Source: Octopus vulgaris
Lineage: Eukaryota
Direction: 5' to 3'
NCBI GenBank assembly: GCA_951406725.2
Contig: OX597825.1
Span: forward strand, 63,922,001-63,986,000
DNA length: 64,000 nt
The translations under genes were made by a program, and so were the position numbers. Shown piece after piece: positions 38,470-53,042 of this stretch. The notes under the pieces are model-generated. The model was not told the origin of the DNA. It made no database searches and saw nothing but the letters and a program-made list of their open reading frames with translations. Within the stretch, counting starts at the first letter, position 1. Every line of letters starts with the position of its first letter.

Positions 38470-38960
38470 AGCTACGTTCTTAATGGTTTCTGTTGTTGCT
38501 GCAGTAAGAGATTATTACTCTAGTTGTTGTTGTTCTTCTTGCTATGTGGTGCTGCTGATGATGATGATGCTCTTATACTAATTGCTAGAAATACTTTCCA
38601 CGACAGCTGCTATGACGATGTCATTGAACTTGATAGTATTGATGCTGACGACGATGACAATGATGATGATGATAATGATGATGATGATGATGATGACAAT
38701 GTCGATGATGATTATGATGATGATTATGACGATGATGATGGTGATGATGATGATTATGATGATGATGAAGATTAAATTGATTATTATGACTGTGGTGGAA
38801 TGATGACGATGATGGTGGTGTTGATGACGACGATAACAATCCTGATGACGAGATGCGACGACGACAACAATGGTGTTGTCGACGACGATGATAAGGTCAA
38901 TAACGACGACAATGATAATGATCTTGACGAGTTTCACGATGATGACAACGATGATAATAT
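38145..38960 (+). repeat. Degenerate (GGT)n and (GAT)n trinucleotide field
   Basis: Directly visible. Confidence 0.95.
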
Positions 38961-39234
38961 AACACTTGGCGAGGTTCCATCGGACACATCATAGATAAAA
39001 GGAGTTCCCTTTATGAATATCCCATCTTTCCCAGCGTGTTATATGGGCAACATTATCATCCAGTCTCTCCTTTGCATCTTTAAAGCACTTATATATGATT
39101 TAAACGAGGTTAGGACGTTATTTCTAGCAAATCAGGTGGACACAAAATAGTTAGAAATATTCTAGTACCCTGTGTTGGTATTCTACATTTTCTAATTGGT
39201 TGTTCCATACTTTTCAAAGTTCAATACTTAGCGA

Positions 39235-39377
39235 TTACATTATTTAAATTTGACGGATATTTGTCCTCATCACGTTTTTTTTGTGAACACAAATGTCGGC
39301 TGATATACCCTCCAGCCTTCATCAGGTGTCTTGGGAAAATTTCGAACTTGGGTTCTCATTCCTAAGGTATTTCTCGA

Positions 39378-39378
<1 letters not shown>
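39235..39378 (-). mobile_element. Penelope-like terminal repeat with hammerhead motif
   Basis: Minus strand GACAC-CTGATGA-A-GGCTG(gagggtatat)CAGCC-GACA-TTT-GTGTT at 39286-39330; an inverted partial copy lies at 40297-40400. Confidence 0.7.
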
Positions 39379-39467
<89 letters not shown>

Positions 39468-39468
39468 A

Positions 39469-39525
<57 letters not shown>
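39378..39525. repeat. (ATT)n microsatellite
   Basis: Directly visible. Confidence 0.98.
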
Positions 39526-39526
39526 G

Positions 39527-40070
39527 TGAAGGCAGTTCATGCCATCAAAGTGACACTGGGGTAAAATATACGAAGCCCAATATACCCATCATGACTACCC
39601 GTCTGATAAAGGTACACCAGGCACATGCATCACAACCATATGTGCACGACATGGTGATCTCATATCAAGATAAACAGCACATGACCTTGCAGGTGGGGCC
39701 CAGTTAGAATTTTCTTCAGGTTGAGTAGCCCATCCTGCTCAAACGGTCCCTGAATAAGGGTTGCTTTAGGATGTTGAACGAAACACCTATGTTTCCAGAG
39801 GTGAACCATTCAAACTCCAAAGAATCACTCTCAACACATGCATGATGCTCCCCCACTACTTCTGCTCGTGATCAGAGATGCACATATCGTCAGCCACTAA
39901 GGGACATGCTCAACTGGTTAAGGTCAAACAACTGACAAGCAAATCTGTGGTATTGAGCAGAATATTTGCTGTAGCCCATCTTTATACCAAGACAAAACAA
40001 TGTACATGATAACACTTCCAATCAGTTAGATCAGAAGCCATGAGAGCCACTGCCTTATGCATCAGGGCAT
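39527..40070. mobile_element. ~545-bp non-coding element inserted within (ATT)n
   Basis: Sharp compositional boundaries with pure ATT repeats on both sides; no ORF. Confidence 0.6.
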
Positions 40071-40400
<330 letters not shown>

Positions 40401-40516
40401 GATATGTAGTACTTAAGGATATTTTTACGATTCTGCGGCGCATTTTTTATTCCAGGCAACGCTTCTATTATTTTAATTGATTATATTTAGCTTCATAATT
40501 TAAAAGACATTATACT

Positions 40517-40711
40517 TTTCTTTCTTTTATTTGTTTCAGTCATTTGATCGCGGCCATGCTGGAGCACGTCGAACTAATCGAACCCAGTACTTATTCTTTG
40601 TAAGCGTAGTACTTATTCTATCGATTTCTTTTGCCGAACATCAAATTTACGAGGACATAATCATACCGATATCGGTTGTCAGGTGATGTTGACACACACA
40701 CACAGGTGATG

Positions 40712-40758
<47 letters not shown>

Positions 40759-40937
40759 GTATATGTGTGTATATACGACGGTTTTCTTTCAGTTTCCGTC
40801 TACCAAATCCGCTTACAAGGCTTTGGTCGGCCCAAAGCTATAGTAGAAGATACTTGCCCTAGGTACTAGGCTGTGGGACTGAAACCGAAACCATGAGGTT
40901 GGTATGGAAGCTACTTACCACACAGCCACTCCTGCGC
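40517..40937 (-). mobile_element. SINE family C, full length
   Basis: Tail, 3' module, internal (CA)n(TA)n and head ending TACCACACAGCCACTCCTGCGC. Confidence 0.9.
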
Positions 40938-43900
40938 TTCTGTAAATATTTTCTTAAATAAAGATTTTGTTCAAACTCAGAAATTTTGTTTTCACTTAAA
41001 TATAACAAAATATTAACAGCAGTACATTTGTTAAAAATAAATATATTGTTAAACAATGCTTGAATAATACTGCTGTAATTATACTTTGTTGTTGAGTAAA
41101 ACTATGATAATATAACTTTAAATGCCTACACAAAATGCTAGAATATTGTTTTGGTCTGAACCTCTGAAAAGTATAAGACTAGAAGAGAATATTCTGCAAA
41201 AGAATTAAATAAAAGAATTTAAAAAGGAAAACAGTAATAAAGATCCTTTTATACTTTACATAACGTTAACATACTGAAGAATCTATTTACTTTCAATTTT
41301 AGTTAAAAGTCTAATTGCCTTTTAATTTATACATCACAAATTTAATATTAGAAATTAACATATTTTAAAAAATTACGTAAATAGCAATACGTTTTTACAA
41401 GAAAGGTAGAGATATATTTTTATATTTTGCACTCAATTTAGTCATTAGCTTTTATGTTTTTTAACATACACTTCTAAGTGTAAATTAGAAGAAAATACTT
41501 TATATTTTGTTATCTTTGTTATCTGATAATGCAAATTTTAAAGAAATTAATTCCTTTGTTAATTCTTTTCCATCATTTTACTCTTTTGAATTGCGTATAT
41601 TCTACGTGAGTTTAATTTCATACCGCAATATGTATGGTTTAGGATGTTTGTAGTTTTAAGAAAATAAAATTTTAAAAATTATAATATAATACTGAAAATA
41701 AAAAGGAAAATTTTAAGTAAATATATTAGATTATATTCAGATAATTTGCAATTCTCTAGTAATCTGTGCCTGCAATTTTTATTCTTTTGATGCTTGTTCA
41801 GTTATTTTCCGGGTTCAATAGTTAAGAATATTCTAGGATCAGCGCCCATATTCTTCATTCGAGAAAGGGTTTCTTCCAAGAAACTCTTCCATTATTATAA
41901 TTGATTATGTTTACCTTCATAACTGAACGCATGATAATATTTTGTAAATATTTTTTCAATAAAACTTTGTTTAAACCTAGCAGATTTGTTTGCACTTAAA
42001 CATAGCAAAAGATTAATGGCAGCACATCTGCTACAAATGAATTTATTGTTAAACACTTTTTGTTATTATAAAATGATGTTATATTTTAATTAAATATTTA
42101 ATGATATCTTTTTAACGTATGAAGATTTTATTTTAGTGTTTTAAATATTTACATATTTTAATACCTAACTAGAATAATAAAAATGATGTGAAATCACAAA
42201 ATATAACATTTTTATGTTTAATATTTTTAGATGAGGTTTCATTTGAGCTCAAGCAATATTTCTTATCTTGAAAAGACAAAATTATTTCGATTTCTTACAC
42301 TATTCACCTTTATGTTTTACCACTAAGAGATACACAACACTTTTTGCAGCAATATATATTTCAACATGATTCCCATCGTAAGATCCTTCTAATAGACCGC
42401 TTTCATCTGAAGAGAACTTGAATGTAGAATCACTGTGAAAATAGCTTCAAATATTGGCTGAATAGCCATGGAGAACGGGGGAAAGGGACCTGTAAGCGGC
42501 TACAGGGAGACGATAATTGTTTCTCCAACAACTGCGGTAAGGTCTATTGTAGCATTAATCTAGACAACATATGACATCGGGTATCGTCTTTTATAACGCT
42601 AAATATCTTAAAATGACAGACGTATTTTGATTTGTTACAACAATTACATTGTTTTTCGTCACTTCAAGGTACACTATTTGTTTTCGTAGATAATCCTTTT
42701 TAACGAGATTTTCACCAAGATTTTTGTTACTGAAATCGTTCTTCAGATCAATTAATCTATACTTTTCTTTTAAAATAACTTTGATATTTTGATGCAAAGT
42801 CAATTTTTCGCCTTACTCTCCCATGTTTGACCTCATATTTTGACCTACGTTTTTTTAATGCATCAAATTTCAGTTATTTTATCTCAAAATGTAACTTAGG
42901 GCTGGGCCATCATTTCTAAAAAAAATTCACTTTGGTTGCGAATATAATTAGTGATGAACCCTAGAATTGCTCATGAGTAACTCTAGAATATATTCATCAA
43001 CTGCCGTGTGTAAACGATGTACTACAATTTACGTGATGTTTGATTAAAAAAAAAAAATTTCCTACAACCAAGTATTGCTTAAGTATTTAAAAAGAAATTG
43101 CCGCTGTGGAATTAACATATTTTGACATTTCATACAAAGCTTTAAAATAAGTAGAAAATTTATTGTTGACATTTTTACATCAAAGGATGGATTTTCTTTG
43201 TGACCCAACATAAAAGCTTCATACATGTAACGAAATAATATTATAAATCTCCAAATATTAATCTCTCCTTTGACTGTTCAAATAAGCTTTTGCTAAACAT
43301 TGGAATGAAATTGACCCTGCCAACGTATGATAGACTTACTAAGTGTAATTGGGTCATGGTCACTCTTCCAGGATCTACTAAACTATCCAGGAAATGACGT
43401 AGACCTCGATCCATCTGCCTGTTACATTCTGAATTTGGAGTAGGGTCAAGGATAAGAGACCGTAAGGGTGTCTGTTTAGGATTGCATATGTCCTACAAAC
43501 ATTATCAAGAGCATAGTACAGGTTAACCAACCACATTATTCCGAAACTGACAGCCATTTTAATTCATTTAAACCCGTGTAAATATGGTGGTATATATGAC
43601 GTGTATCACCTTGTTTGCTGTCGTTTTCAATTAAACAGCATAACTCCCCATATTTTCCTCCTGACATTCAATAAGTCCATACCACTTCAATTCTTTTGTG
43701 ATGGTGTTCTGATCATTTTATTGCGTCAGGAAAATGCTAGGGGAAATATCCTTAGACATGCTAAAGAGGTAGGCATGAGCGTACGACTCAGAAATATTGC
43801 ATTTTTACTTCGCTGTTCCAGGTTTAGTTTTAATATGCCGTACCATGGGGAATTATTATTTATGATGTCCCTACACGTACGATTGATTTGCAAGTGTATT

Positions 43901-45439
43901 ATTTTATTTCAACTGCGCTAAATCTCGTCCTGTACATATATGTCGTGTATTTGCGAATGAATGTGTAGATTCACCATCCGCATTTAGTTGTTTTTGCATC
44001 CTCATATGTGGAACAGAACAATTCCCAGATTTACATGTGTAGTTATTTCGATTTAATCGAAGAAATCTCGAAGGTTGTGCAAAAGCATGACCGCACCCCA
44101 ACTGCTAATAAAAGAGTAAATATATGAATTGATTTTCTAACGGTGTTGTTAACTGGAATTCATTTGAACATGAAGAGCGTTTTGCAGTATTTTGCAGTCT
44201 CTTGTAACCAGAACTGGAGAGGATAAACTTACTGATCTGCATCGTCAAAAAACATGCCGCAAAGTTCGTGTATTATGCAAGTAAACCTGGTGTAGGTACA
44301 AGAACTTTCATAAGTTGCAGTACTGAAATTTATTATACGAAAGAACATTTTCAGTTGTTGTAGAAGAAATCGATTGCTACCCTATATTTCTTTATCTTGT
44401 GTTCTCTCAAATGCCATAGACAAACTCGATCACGTCTTGAACTACGTTGAAATGTTTCCAGTAGTCAAATGTGAAATAAATATTTTATAAATACGCGTTG
44501 AGATATATGTGTAAAAAAATTACAGAATTTAAGTCAACGACCCGTTATCAGTATTTTCAGTAAGATATTGATTGAATAGGAAAAAAGAGAGAGAGCAAAA
44601 TATGAATTACTTTGATATATATATTGTAGAAATATGAAATTTATTGGGTCTTCTATTTCCTAATATGAAATCCACAACGGCCAATGATTTGATTTTATAA
44701 ATATCCACTTCGATTACTAAACCCAAACATCACTGAAATAAAAGACGAAACATCTATAGGTTTGAGCGATCTGCTAGAAATAAACCAAATCTTTAACAAA
44801 TCACGCCTTAATATTTTACATAAGGAAAAGCCACAATTAATGTAGACCATTTTATTGATGAACCTGGTGGTCATAGCTGGCATTTTGTGCTTTCATAAAT
44901 GGGCTATATATTCGAAATATCATACAGGAGTAATTCGCAAAAAAGATGGTTAGGAAAAGAGTTGTGCACATGACAATTGAGCGAGCTGCATATAAGATGT
45001 ACAGAAATATATTCACTGCTACTAGAAGAATGTTTGAAAATGTAATTAATGAAAGAAATGGAATAAGCCTCATATAATGCAGCAAATTGAATAAAAGGTT
45101 TAGATAGGCAAATGAAAATGTAATAAAATGTGTAGAGTTAAAGATAATAAATCATTCGATTTGTTACTGTATTTAGGAAAGATATTTAGTAAAGTCCCAC
45201 GTGTGACCAGGTCTAATATTAAGTTAGTATGCGATAAGCACAAGGAAATTTTCCCGTTTCAAACAAGTATCTCTTTAGTAGCATTTTGAAGAAATAGATT
45301 CTGTGAGCTGTATCACAAACGAGTCTTCTCTCCTTCTCTCTCTTCCTTCCTTCCTCCCTCACTCACTCAATCTGTATGTGGGTAAGCATGTATACATTTA
45401 TGTGCAAATATATATATATGCATATATATGTGTACATAC

Positions 45440-45712
45440 TAATATGCACCTGGCCGTTCGTATGAAGCTTCTTTCCCAAACACATGTTTCCACATTCATC
45501 TCACTGCGTGGCACCTTGGGTAAGTGACTTCTACTATAGCCTTGGCCCGGCCAAAGCCCCCAGAATGGATTTGATTGACGGATAGTAAAAGAAGCCAATC
45601 GCATATATATATGTATATATCAATGTCTGTGTCTGTTTGCACCCCTCCACCAACCATAACTGCTTGACAACCGGTGTTGCTGTCTTTACGCACCTGTTAC
45701 TAAGCGGATCAC
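45440..45712 (+). mobile_element. SINE family C, decayed and 3'-truncated
   Basis: CACTGCGTGGCACCTTGGGTAAGTGACTTCTACTATAGCC...GCTTGACAACCGGTGTTG. Confidence 0.8.
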
Positions 45713-45959
45713 GAAGAGAAAGAAAGTGTGAAAGAGGGAGGTGTAAGACAGTCAATGTTAAAAAAGGGTTTTGTAATGATCAGATTTTAAAACTAAGAAT
45801 TGAAAAGAGATATACAAACCCATTGAAACAGAGAAATTAGAAATTGATATAAGCACAAAATATTTCTTATGTGGAATGCGTTCTGTAATGACACATAAAA
45901 CCATGAATAATAGCATGTAAGCATTGAACTGTAAGTCCACTTTGAATAGAAAAACCGGT

Positions 45960-46025
45960 TGTTAACCGTGGAACTCGAACCCACATCTCCTGTATATATG
46001 GTAAACGTTCTACTATAGTAACCCA
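45960..46025 (-). mobile_element. tRNA-like head fragment (SINE head or tRNA pseudogene)
   Basis: Minus strand B-box GTGGGTTCGAGTTCCAC with T-arm pairing; no intact cloverleaf. Confidence 0.4.
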
Positions 46026-46687
46026 GGAGTTTCTGGAATTTTTATAACGATTTTAGAAACTTTAGTTGATGTCATAAACATTTTATGAAAATTCGAAAAA
46101 TATGTAATTCACTTCTGGAATTCATTTTCCATGTTCATATAAAATTATAAATATTTGCATGTGAATATTGGGTTAGAAAAAGTTTTTAGGAAAACATGTT
46201 GAAGTCTACCCGTTTAACTCAAACACACATTTCATGTAGATATGACATTGCATGAAGGCAAGCGTTGTGGAACAACATACAATAATTTGTAACAAGAATA
46301 TATTTAAGATGGTTAGAGTAATTCGAAGAATTGTTTATACCCACATATGTGTGTGTGTGTGTGAGAGAGTGTCTTTGTATGTATGTAACTATGTCGATGA
46401 AAAAGAATGAAGTCGACTTGCCAATTACATAATTAATCTTCCCATGAAAATACTTACTTTTTGCTTAGTAAAACGATATTAAAGAACTATATATCTAAAT
46501 CACTTCTTCTGAGGTTACTTGCATGAAGAAATAAAATCCAATCTGATGAGAAAAATTGTTGGTATTTATTTGGCTTATAGTTTTATTTATCCAGAAAATT
46601 GCTTGAATGGTTACTGTATTAGTTGCCTAAATCTTAAGGATCCTGCTGCTTGGATGCATATACGCTCGTATATTCATTTATATATGT

Positions 46688-47012
46688 CTGTGTGATAAGT
46701 AGCTTGCTACTACAGCCCAGGGCCGAGCAAAGACTTGTGGGTAGATTTGGTAGACAGAAACTGAAAAAAAAATGTCGGATATAAATTTGTGTAAGCATGT
46801 GTGTGTGTGTGCGTGATTATATTTGCGGTTTTCCCATACCACCGTTTGACAATCAGTGTTGAGGTGTTTACGCCTCCGTAACCTAGCAGTTCCTCAAAAG
46901 AAACTGACTAAATAAGTACAAGGCTTTAAAATATTACGTTCTGAGTTTGATTTGTTCGACTAAAACTCCCCAATGCTTTGCCCCATCATGGTCGTAGCCT
47001 ACTAACAGAAAC
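46688..47012 (+). mobile_element. SINE family C, decayed
   Basis: GATTTGGTAGACAGAAACTGAAA, (TG)n, TTTGACAATCAGTGTTG...GATTTGTTCGACTAA...CATGGTCGTAG. Confidence 0.75.
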
Positions 47013-47043
47013 AAATGTATACACACACACACGTATATATATT

Positions 47044-47092
<49 letters not shown>

Positions 47093-47599
47093 CATACACA
47101 CATATGTCTGAGGTTTTAATTATTGTTACGATACTTAATGAGTACATGAAGTTAATTAATGAACTCTGTAAGTTTTTTTTTTTTAGGAATAATACTAGTA
47201 CTCAGTCTTATCTGCAGTCGGATGAGTATAAATATTGTAAAATTAAAGCCGTGTTACGTTTGGAGAAAATAGGTGGGGTTTAGAGTATGCGGTAATATAT
47301 GTTTACCTTTGGTAGTTAGTTCTTTCTGTATCTAACGTGTAGGTGTTTCCAAGAAAAGTATTTTGTTTTTGTTGTTTTATAGTTTTGAAAGGTTTTTGTT
47401 GTTGTTATTTCACCTTCGAAAGTAGTAGCTCTCACTACTCTGAAATCGATTCATCTATATTGGAAACATGTAAATGCAGCGAAAAAGGCAAACATCGGTG
47501 AGTAGTACTGATACTTTGTGATTTGTCACTTGTAGAACGATCTACTGTTATATACTGTAAATAGTTCAATTGGTTTTCACAGGAATGCAAGTTAATCTG

Positions 47600-47750
47600 A
47601 TTTAATTTTGGTACATAGCTAGTGATTTTGAAGGGAGAAGAAAGTCGATTACATCGACCAGAGTGCTCAACTGATGCTAACTTTATCGACCCCGAAAAGA
47701 TGAAAGCTAAAGCCGTCGTCGGTGACATGTCAACTCCGAACGTGGATTGT
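47600..47750 (-). mobile_element. SINE family D copy
   Basis: AAGTCGATTACATCGACC...TTTATCGACCCCGAAAAGATGAAAG. Confidence 0.78.
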
Positions 47751-49144
47751 AAATGAAGATCAAAGTATAAGTGATATTTCAAAGAATTTAATACCACGGC
47801 AATGTTGCACTTGCCTAATTAAGGTGACCGCACCCCAATCTCGACCTATTTATAACTTCATAATACTACTTTTATATCGAAACATTTAAAAAAAATTATA
47901 CTCAGAAATTGAGAAAATAAAAACAAAATAAACTTTTAATATACACAAAGAAAATATAACCATGAACAGATACAAAATCAAATAAATATAATTTAATGTG
48001 AAATCGATTATTTAATGTTATAAACCAGTTTTTTTGACTTCGAAAGAAAATCAATATTTGAAAGCATAATTGAGATTTTACTACATACGCAGAATATTTC
48101 ACGGAATTTTCAGTTCAATCCAGCCATATAAGTTTATTTGCGCAATTTCTTTTTTCGTTTCATCTCATATTTTATATTATGTGTTTTACGTTATTTCATA
48201 TGAGTTGTGTGATTTCTCTTTTTGCATTCGTCATATTTTTAGTTAGATTCGTTTTTTTTTTATTATATATATTTTTAACATTTGATCAACTCAGTTTACA
48301 CAATTTCACAGGCCACCGAGGGAAGTGGATGTAAAACAGTCTAATTAACTTGTAATTATATCCCTATATATATTTATCTCTTTAAAGTACGTGTGTGAAA
48401 ATATATGTGAACGTATAAGTGCAAGTTAGAGGTCATTATGCTTCAGTAAATATCTTTGTAGTTTTGTTTATATTGAGGTACGTGTGTTGCATTACAGTCT
48501 ATAACGTACGTATATTAACACTCTATCAATAACACTACTTCTACGGATGCATGTTCGTATACATATATATACGTACATCAGAATCCACACATATGTGAAT
48601 ATGTATAAAAATATATGTATACATGTATATATGCATGTTGATATGCAAGTACACTCATAAATACTGGAAACATGTTTCACGGCAACATATTTCGATGTAT
48701 TTGAAGTTGTTGCTCGTACAGGGTCATTAAACATGTAATAAAATCTATCTGTAAATATCAGTGCGGCTACGCGAGTGTAGAGTAGTACAGGTTTTGTGAA
48801 TAATTCATGAAATAAAGAGTTCAATTAAGTTATCTGATCGCGTTGTCCCTATGTCTGATGAGAAGGTTCTAATTCTTAAGTTAGTTATATGAAACGTACA
48901 GGAAGTTCAGGGAGCAACGCTAACACTTGTTAGTAGTACTTCGCAACGTTATAAAGTTTGTTCCTTAAATGGGGGATGCATCTGGTACACGTAGGGATAT
49001 GAACACGAGAATCGGCAGTGTACGTACACTCACACGCATGCACTATATGTGTGTATGCCTATGCCTGTGTGCGCCCGCGTTTTTCTGTGTGTGTCTGTGT
49101 GTAAGTGTGCCTGTGAATGTGTGTGTGTGTGTATGTACATACAT

Positions 49145-49352
49145 ACACATGAGTGAGAATGTGGCCGCGTGTGTACCGTTGGCGATAGTTTTTCCTCTGT
49201 CTTCCCTTCTCTGGATCTTTCCTTCTCCTGTGTTTCCGACGAAGAGCTCCGCTCGAAACGTTAAACCCTCCTTCTTTCCTTCTTTCCTGAGCGTCCAATA
49301 ATACTATATTTGTTCCACGTCCTCGCGTTGTTGGGATCTTTTGTGCGTTCTT
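49145..49352 (+). mobile_element. Penelope-like terminal repeat
   Basis: Pyrimidine-rich repeat containing a hammerhead motif; its 3' end (TTGTTCCACGTCCTCGCGTTG...CTTGTTTGGATTAA) recurs inverted at 23952-24018; CCTGAGCG motif shared with 51285-51447. Confidence 0.7.
49232..49266 (+). ncRNA. Minimal type I hammerhead ribozyme motif (one core substitution)
   Basis: GTTT-CCGACGA-A-GAGC(tcc)GCTC-GAAAC-GTT-AAAC: stems I and II pair perfectly, palindromic AACGTT at stem III, U4->C in core. Confidence 0.7.
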
Positions 49353-49450
49353 GTTTGGATTAATTATATATATACTTTATTGAAAAGCAGCAAGATATCA
49401 GAAAAGCTGTTACTCAGAGTTTCACGCTCCCAATCGTCAGACAGTTTTTG

Positions 49451-49452
<2 letters not shown>

Positions 49453-49535
<83 letters not shown>
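49453..49535. repeat. (TA)n microsatellite
   Basis: Directly visible. Confidence 0.97.
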
Positions 49536-49536
<1 letters not shown>

Positions 49537-50384
49537 GTGTATATACTCTTATATGCATTTTTTCGAGTGTACGCGTGTGTCTTTGCTTTCGTGTATGCAC
49601 ACACTCAAACATGCCCACACATACAGAAATATATAAATTGATATATCTTATGTACTGTTAAGATTTAAAGAAGAGAAGTTAAACATCTCTTCAAGCATTA
49701 GTTATATAAATTAATGGACCTGAATCTAGAATGTAGAGGAAGATTTTGAAGCTGCAAATATTTTCATAACTTAGCCTAGAAGGACTATAAGTATCCAGAT
49801 AAATAAATAATCTATATGTCTTATTCAAGACGACTAAGTAAGTGTTAATGAAATTCATTGTAACGAAATCACTACAACTTAAATCTTATGTTATTTAGAA
49901 TATACTACGTACATATCATAGTATTGGTTCAGTTTCATATTGAATTTGAGTAAGGATTATATTTATCCTAATACATGTAGAATACCAGTCAATTCAATGG
50001 CAGAATAGTACTTGTATTTCAATTTTATAGAATATCAGAAATTCTTAAATCGTCAGTAAAAGTGCATTATAATATCTCTTGTAAGTCAAGATAAATTTAA
50101 ATGGAGGATATTCACATACAAAAATCTTGATTTCTTATGCTGAGAGTGATTATATATATAACACGGATTTATTGCTGAATGCAGTACAAGACAGGAAAAA
50201 AGTGTTGCACCATTTCCATCGCATATTTTTGTATATCAGAAACAAAGTATTTCAGCGGATACAGTGAGATTTAAGGATTGTGGTCCGCCTATCTTCACCT
50301 TGTTGATTAATTGTATAAAAATAGTCTCTGTAGTCCCTCTTCTTCGTTGATATAAATATAATATATATATATATATACATTTAA

Positions 50385-50600
50385 GCGGTCCGATTTTTGC
50401 CGTACGATCTGCACAAGAGAATTGTTTGTAGGGATCAAATTTTCGTGCAGCACGTTAGCTCACTCTCTCCATCAAATGGACGTTGTCCGTGTGTGAGATG
50501 TCATAATGATTGAAGAGGAACATGAGATGAAGTACTTTGCTCAAGAACCAAACGCACGACCCGGTCTAGAAATTAAAACTACGATGCGTACTCAGAGGTG
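50385..50600 (-). mobile_element. SINE family B-related copy, decayed
   Basis: TTTGCTCAAGAACCAAACGCACGACCCGGTCTAG matches TTGCTCAAGAACACAACACGCAGCCCGGACCGGG in 23003-23348. Confidence 0.5.
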
Positions 50601-50660
50601 CTCCAAAACCGAGGTACTACTGTGTATTTATATATATATATATATACATATACACATATA

Positions 50661-51056
50661 TACTCATTACTCTCACTAACAGTCATTTCACTGTGGCCAT
50701 GCTGGAGCACCGCCTTTAGTCGAAGAAATCGACACTAGAACTTATTCTTTGTAAGCCTAGTACTTATTCTATCTGTCTATTTTGCCGAATCGCTAACTTA
50801 CGGGGACGTAAACACACCAGCATCGGTTGTCAAGCGATGTTGGGGTACAAACACAGACACACAAACATAAACACACGCATATATATACATAAATACGACG
50901 AGCTTCTTTCAGTTTCTGTCTACCAGATCCACTCACAAGGCTTTTGTAGGCCCGAGGCTATAGTAGAAGACACTTTCGCAAAGTGCCACGCAGTGGGACT
51001 GAACCCAGAAACTTGTGGTTGGTAAGCAAGCTACTTACCACACAGCCACTCCTGCG
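50661..51056 (-). mobile_element. SINE family C, full length
   Basis: All modules present; head ends TACCACACAGCCACTCCTGCG. Confidence 0.92.
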
Positions 51057-51284
51057 GCGATGTAAATTGTTCAAGGCGGGGCCTTAGCGTAGACCTAGTA
51101 TAATTATTGTAATAAGTAAAATATACTACACATACATATATAGAGATAGGAGAAATAAAGACGAAGAAAAATAAGTATATGTCCTACGCACATTTCCCTA
51201 TTATATTTGTTTGGAACCCTACAATAGGTGTTTACGGTGCATATAGAGGCTCAACCACTACACATAACGATATATATATATATA

Positions 51285-51447
51285 TTCTCTCCTTGTTTCT
51301 TTTCTGTGTATCTTTCTGTCGAAGAGCGTAGGCTCGAAACGTAAAAGACTTGTTCTATTTCTCTTCCTGAGCGCCATACTAATACATTTGTTTGTCTGTA
51401 CTCCACCTGCCTTCGTCTTTTATTTATTTTCGTAAACTTTCCCGTTA
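51285..51447 (+). mobile_element. Penelope-like terminal repeat between (TA)n tracts
   Basis: Contains a hammerhead motif; same layout as 49145-49352. Confidence 0.7.
51311..51348 (+). ncRNA. Minimal type I hammerhead ribozyme motif (one core substitution)
   Basis: TCTTT-CTGTCGA-A-GAGC(gtag)GCTC-GAAAC-GTA-AAAGA: 5-bp stem I, 4-bp stem II, GUA triplet, A6->U in core. Confidence 0.7.
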
Positions 51448-51650
51448 TATATATATATATATATGCAAATATGTGTTTCCTGTTGATGTGTAGTGGTGTA
51501 GCATCTATATGAACTACGGACACCAGTTGTTCGCAGTGCATATAAATATACTGCAAATATATATATAATGGGGAGATGTGCGTAAGAAATATGAAATGAA
51601 ATTTTATTTAACTTAATTTGTCCGACATGTGGATATGTATATCTTGCGTC

Positions 51651-51984
51651 TTTTACTTGTTTCACTCATTAGACTGCAACCATGCTTTGCCACCGGCTTG
51701 AAGAATTTTTCGTTTAATGAATGGATCCAGTACCTTCCTTTTTCTTTGTTTTTGAAGCCTGTTTCTTAGCCTATTGGTAACTTTTGCCGAACTGCTATGT
51801 TACGAGGAGGTAAATATACCAACAACGGTTGTAGATCGGTTTCGGTTTCGTCAACCAAATGAACAAAAAAAGCCTTTGATCAGCCGGAATCAATAGTAGA
51901 AGACACTTGTCAGAAGTGCCATGCAATGAGACTGAACCCAGACCCCTTTGGGTGGGAAGCAAGCTTACCACACAGCTGCGCCGG
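51651..51984 (-). mobile_element. SINE family C, decayed with internal deletion
   Basis: TTTTACTTGTTTCACTCATT...TAGTAGAAGACACTTG...ACTGAACCC...TTACCACACAGC. Confidence 0.78.
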
Positions 51985-52974
51985 CATATTTATTTATATA
52001 TATATATATACATGTGTATACCTATACATACATATAGCACGAACATTTAGGTAGATGGATATATGTAAACCACTGTTCATTGCTCTAATTATATGGATGC
52101 TCGCAAAGGCAAAACCTGTACTTATGAATGATGATTTCATAAAATAAGAATTCAAACTAGTTTGAGGAAACTACCAAGAAGCTTATAGCTATATAGATAA
52201 ATGAATAAATACAAAACAAAATTATATTAAGAATAAATTTAGCCGTAACTTGTCAAGTCAGCCAAGGAATTTTAATGAAACAAACTTTCGTAGCTCATTC
52301 CAATAATGAAATTTATTTTCCACTTTACTACTGATTTTTCTTACAGGGAGCGTCCCTACGTATTTTCCTTCAGTCATTTTTTTTTATAAAGACCGTGAGT
52401 TTACAGTCATCTACCATTAAATCCGTCTTTATGATAATAGCATTAAATTGTCTTACCGGGTGGTTTACCATTAACAACAACAGCATTCAGCTGCCGCCTT
52501 CGTACGCCGTCATATGGTTTCACTCAGTTATCTGATAGCAAGTCTGATCTGCTTTAAAAGAGCCATGTAACTTATGAAGAGAACATTACTCTAGGGACTA
52601 TACATCTGCGCTGGTACGTTATGCTACGATTACGTTAAAGAGGTTTGCGAGAAGTGTGGAAAAACTGGTTGAATAAAGATAAAAGTTCTTTGCTCGAATT
52701 TTTTTATCTTGTCATACCAGAGGCGAGTTCGTATACAGTAGCAAAGATTAAATGACATACTTAAACGATAAATTTGACCCGAATATTTTCGCTAAATGCA
52801 TATTTTAATATAAATAAAAGTGATAAACTGAATAAATTATTATTCCATTTACAGCGTTCAACCATTAAAATTTAAGCAATGAAAAACATTTTAAAGACAA
52901 CAACTTAGATGGTGAAGAAATTCATAGAGGCTTACTTACATATTATATACATAAACATATCAATCACTCTCCAC

Positions 52975-52986
52975 AACACACACTCA

Positions 52987-53042
<56 letters not shown>

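Noticed and set aside
43904-44101. Faint resemblance of HMRMQKQLNADGESTHSFAN to a Helitron helicase segment
   Set aside because: No flanking helicase motifs found; likely chance.
46538-46565. CTGATGAGAAAA hammerhead core
   Set aside because: No stem II between CTGATGA and GAAA.
48665-48725. Minus-strand hairpin GCAACA/TGTTGC followed by GAAACATGTT
   Set aside because: Core reads CTGTACGA with extra bases before GAAAC and no stem I; too degenerate to count.
52510-52570. U2 snRNA-like words (TATCTGATA)
   Set aside because: No colinear match to U2 on either strand.
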